From assembly GCA_964016885.1 (NCBI GenBank), contig OZ024763.1:19220001-19284000 (forward strand): DNA of 64,000 nt, written 5' to 3'. Numbering within the stretch: position 1 is the first letter of the stretch; each line of letters begins with the position of its first letter. Shown piece by piece: positions 60,521 through 64,000 of this stretch. This DNA comes from Eledone cirrhosa (taxonomy: Eukaryota). The notes under the pieces are model-generated. The model was given only the letters and a program-made list of their open reading frames with translations. It ran no database searches and was not told the DNA's origin. The position numbers were made by a program, and so were the translations under genes.

Positions 60521-60791
60521 CATATATATATATACATACATATATATATATACATATATATATACATACATATATATATACATACATATTTCTATATATA
60601 TATATATACATATATATATATACATATATATATATACATACATATACATACATATATATATAAATACATATACATACATATATACATACATATACATACA
60701 TATATATATACATACATATACATACATATATATATACATACATATACATACATATATATATACATACATATACATACATATATATATACAT

Positions 60792-60871
<80 letters not shown>

Positions 60872-60920
60872 GTATATATATGTATGTATATATATATATG
60901 TATGTATGTATATGTATGCA

Positions 60921-60953
<33 letters not shown>

Positions 60954-61160
60954 ATGTATGTATATATGTATATATGTATATGTATCTATATATATATGTT
61001 TATATATATATGTATGTATATATATATATGTATATATATATATGTATGTATATATATATATGTATGTATATATATATATACGTATATATATATACGTATG
61101 TATATATGTATCTATATATATATATGTATATATATATATATGTATGTATATGTAAGTATT

Positions 61161-61209
<49 letters not shown>

Positions 61210-61234
61210 GTATATATATGTATGTATTTTACTA

Positions 61235-61266
<32 letters not shown>

Positions 61267-61281
61267 CATATGTGTGTGTGA

Positions 61282-61375
<94 letters not shown>

Positions 61376-61737
61376 GTATGTATGTATATATGGAAAGAAT
61401 GGAATAGAAAAGAAAAAGACGGGACAATGGAGAAAGGACGAGGAAGTGAATTAAGAAGAAGACAAAGAAAAAAGAAGGAGATTAGCTGGAGTGTGAGTGG
61501 GAGGTGGTGAACAAAAGAAGGAGACGAGGGAGTCATAAGAGGAGCAGAGAGAGGATGGGGAGGCAGGATGTTAGGCAGACACAAGACAGAGAGGGGGTCG
61601 AGAGGAAGAAAGGGTGACAGAGACAGAGACATTGTCGGTTAGGGCAAAAGGGAAATACGGATGAGAAAACACAAAGGAATATTACTGTGTGAGTGTGACA
61701 TATGTATATACGTGTGTGTGTGTATGTGTGTGTGTAC

Positions 61738-61810
<73 letters not shown>

Positions 61811-61814
<4 letters not shown>

Positions 61815-61957
61815 GTTAACCTTGGTCTTCTCCTTCCCATGTGTCCATGTAGGGGCTCCCACAGGAGCACTGAGTGCAATGTCAACTCTGGGTGTCGGTG
61901 AGCATGTCCAAGAGGAGACTGAGGTTAGCTGGACATGCTCACCGACACCCAGAGTTG

Positions 61958-61958
<1 letters not shown>
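61811..61958. mobile_element. RTE LINE fragment with a fold-back inversion in (TA)n
   Basis: Homologous to 36517-36630; arms 61883-61910 and 61930-61957; a further piece lies at 63067-63125. Confidence 0.8.
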
Positions 61959-62024
<66 letters not shown>

Positions 62025-62057
62025 TGAATTCAAAAGAATCAAAGCTATGTTCAAAAC

Positions 62058-62112
62058 ATTTATTCGCTGACAATTGTTTCTTCCAAACCTAAGCTTGGAC
62101 CTTCGGAGCATG
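62058..62112 (-). ncRNA. Degenerate hammerhead-like motif
   Basis: gct-CCGAAGG-tccaagc-ttag-gtttgga-a-GAAAC-aatt-GTC-agc. The core is mutated from CTGAAGA. Confidence 0.5.
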
Positions 62113-62519
62113 TTTACTGTTTGTACATATAATTGACCTCCTACTCAACGTAGGAGACATACAGATACATATATATATATATAATATATATATATTGATG
62201 TAGAGTGTGGAGTTGATGCGACATATATTATATTATACTATATTTTGTACAGTAATTCAAATTAAGATTAAAATCAAAATTTAAAAACAAGATTAATAAA
62301 AAACAACATATATATATATATTGTTATACTTGGGGAGGGTCATATTTGTGTAATATTGCCAGAATCAATAACAGAACACACTCACTGTTTGGTTGGTTTT
62401 CGCTTCGGTGTCTTTTATATCGGTAATCTAATTTATTCGGTCCGCAATGTTGCCATTGACTGACAAACGGTCAAAAATAATACAGATACAATATAGACAC
62501 AAACACATATATATAGTTT

Positions 62520-63027
<508 letters not shown>

Positions 63028-63149
63028 AATATATATATGTATGTATATATGTATATATATATTTGTAGAGAAGACTGAGGTTAGCTGGACATGCTCACCG
63101 ACATCCAGAGTTGACATTGCACCCAGTTAAGATATATATATATATATAT

Positions 63150-63215
<66 letters not shown>

Positions 63216-63654
63216 CGGTGGTAGTGGTCGTGGTGGTGTAGTGGTGGTAGCGGTGGTGGTGGTGGTAGTATAGTGGTGGTGGTGGTGGTGTAGTGATGTT
63301 AGCGGTGGTGGTGGTGTAGTGATGTTAGCGGTGGTGGTGGTGGTGGTGTGATGGTAGTTGTGGTGGTGGTGATGGTAGTGGTGGTGGTGGTGATGGTGGC
63401 GGCGGCGGTGGTGGTGTAGTGGTGGTGGTGGTGGTGGTGGTGGTAGTGGTGGTGTTGGTTGCAGTAGTAGATTGAGGCCATGAAAAAGAAGAAGAAAACA
63501 TAATTCTACTGGTAGTCACTAGAGACAGATTAAGATAACATGAGATCTCATTCCGGCTCAAATTTTCGTCGGAGGTCCTTGTTGAATGTCTGTGGTAGCA
63601 AGTAATTACTTTGATACGCTTTAACGCTTATGATACTAACCTAGACAGCATAAC

Positions 63655-64000
63655 CACCACTGGTACTATGTAACAAACCCACCTCTGGTACTATGTAACA
63701 AACCACCTCTGGTACTATGTAACAAACCCACCCCTGGTACTATGTAACAAACCCACCTCTAGTACTATGTAACAAACCACCTCTGGTACTATGTAACAAA
63801 ACCACCCCTGGTACTATGTAACAAACCCACCTCTGGTACTATGTAACAAACCCACCTCTGGTACTATGTAACAAACCTACCCTTGGTAATATGTAACAAA
63901 ACCACCCCTATTACTATGTAACAAACCCACACATGGTACTATGTAACATACCCACTTCTGGTACTATGTAACAAACCCACCTCTGGTACTATGTCACAAT
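63655..64000. repeat. ~25-bp minisatellite ggtactatgtaacaaacccacctct
   Basis: Tandem units running to the window end. Confidence 0.93.

Overview
This is AT-rich, microsatellite-saturated animal DNA. The SINE, LINE and MITE landscape is most consistent with an octopus or other coleoid cephalopod, which is an inference. The only host coding sequence I can support is the first coding exon of a Nemo-like kinase (NLK) on the minus strand (47274-47467). It ends in a canonical GTAAGT donor, and no exon 2 was seen, so about 47 kb of the window appears to be intron 1. Almost all long ORFs are microsatellite artefacts. The rest comprises satellites, tRNA-derived SINEs, RTE/Rex3-like and CRE-like LINE fragments, a Hsmar2-like mariner deletion derivative, and hAT, Tc1, Tigger, piggyBac and Helitron relics. 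Two of the satellites were amplified independently from the same Rex3-like LINE segment. The most striking feature is a set of about 20 short, non-coding elements in at least six multi-copy sequence families plus singletons. They sit inside (TA)n tracts and are often asymmetric fold-back palindromes. Many contain minimal type-I hammerhead ribozymes (CUGANGA-stem II-GAAA, self-complementary stem III), and they share a downstream GAGT(G/A)CY motif. They look like non-autonomous Penelope-like or retrozyme-type elements. The same fold-back signature also appears on a SINE and an RTE fragment.
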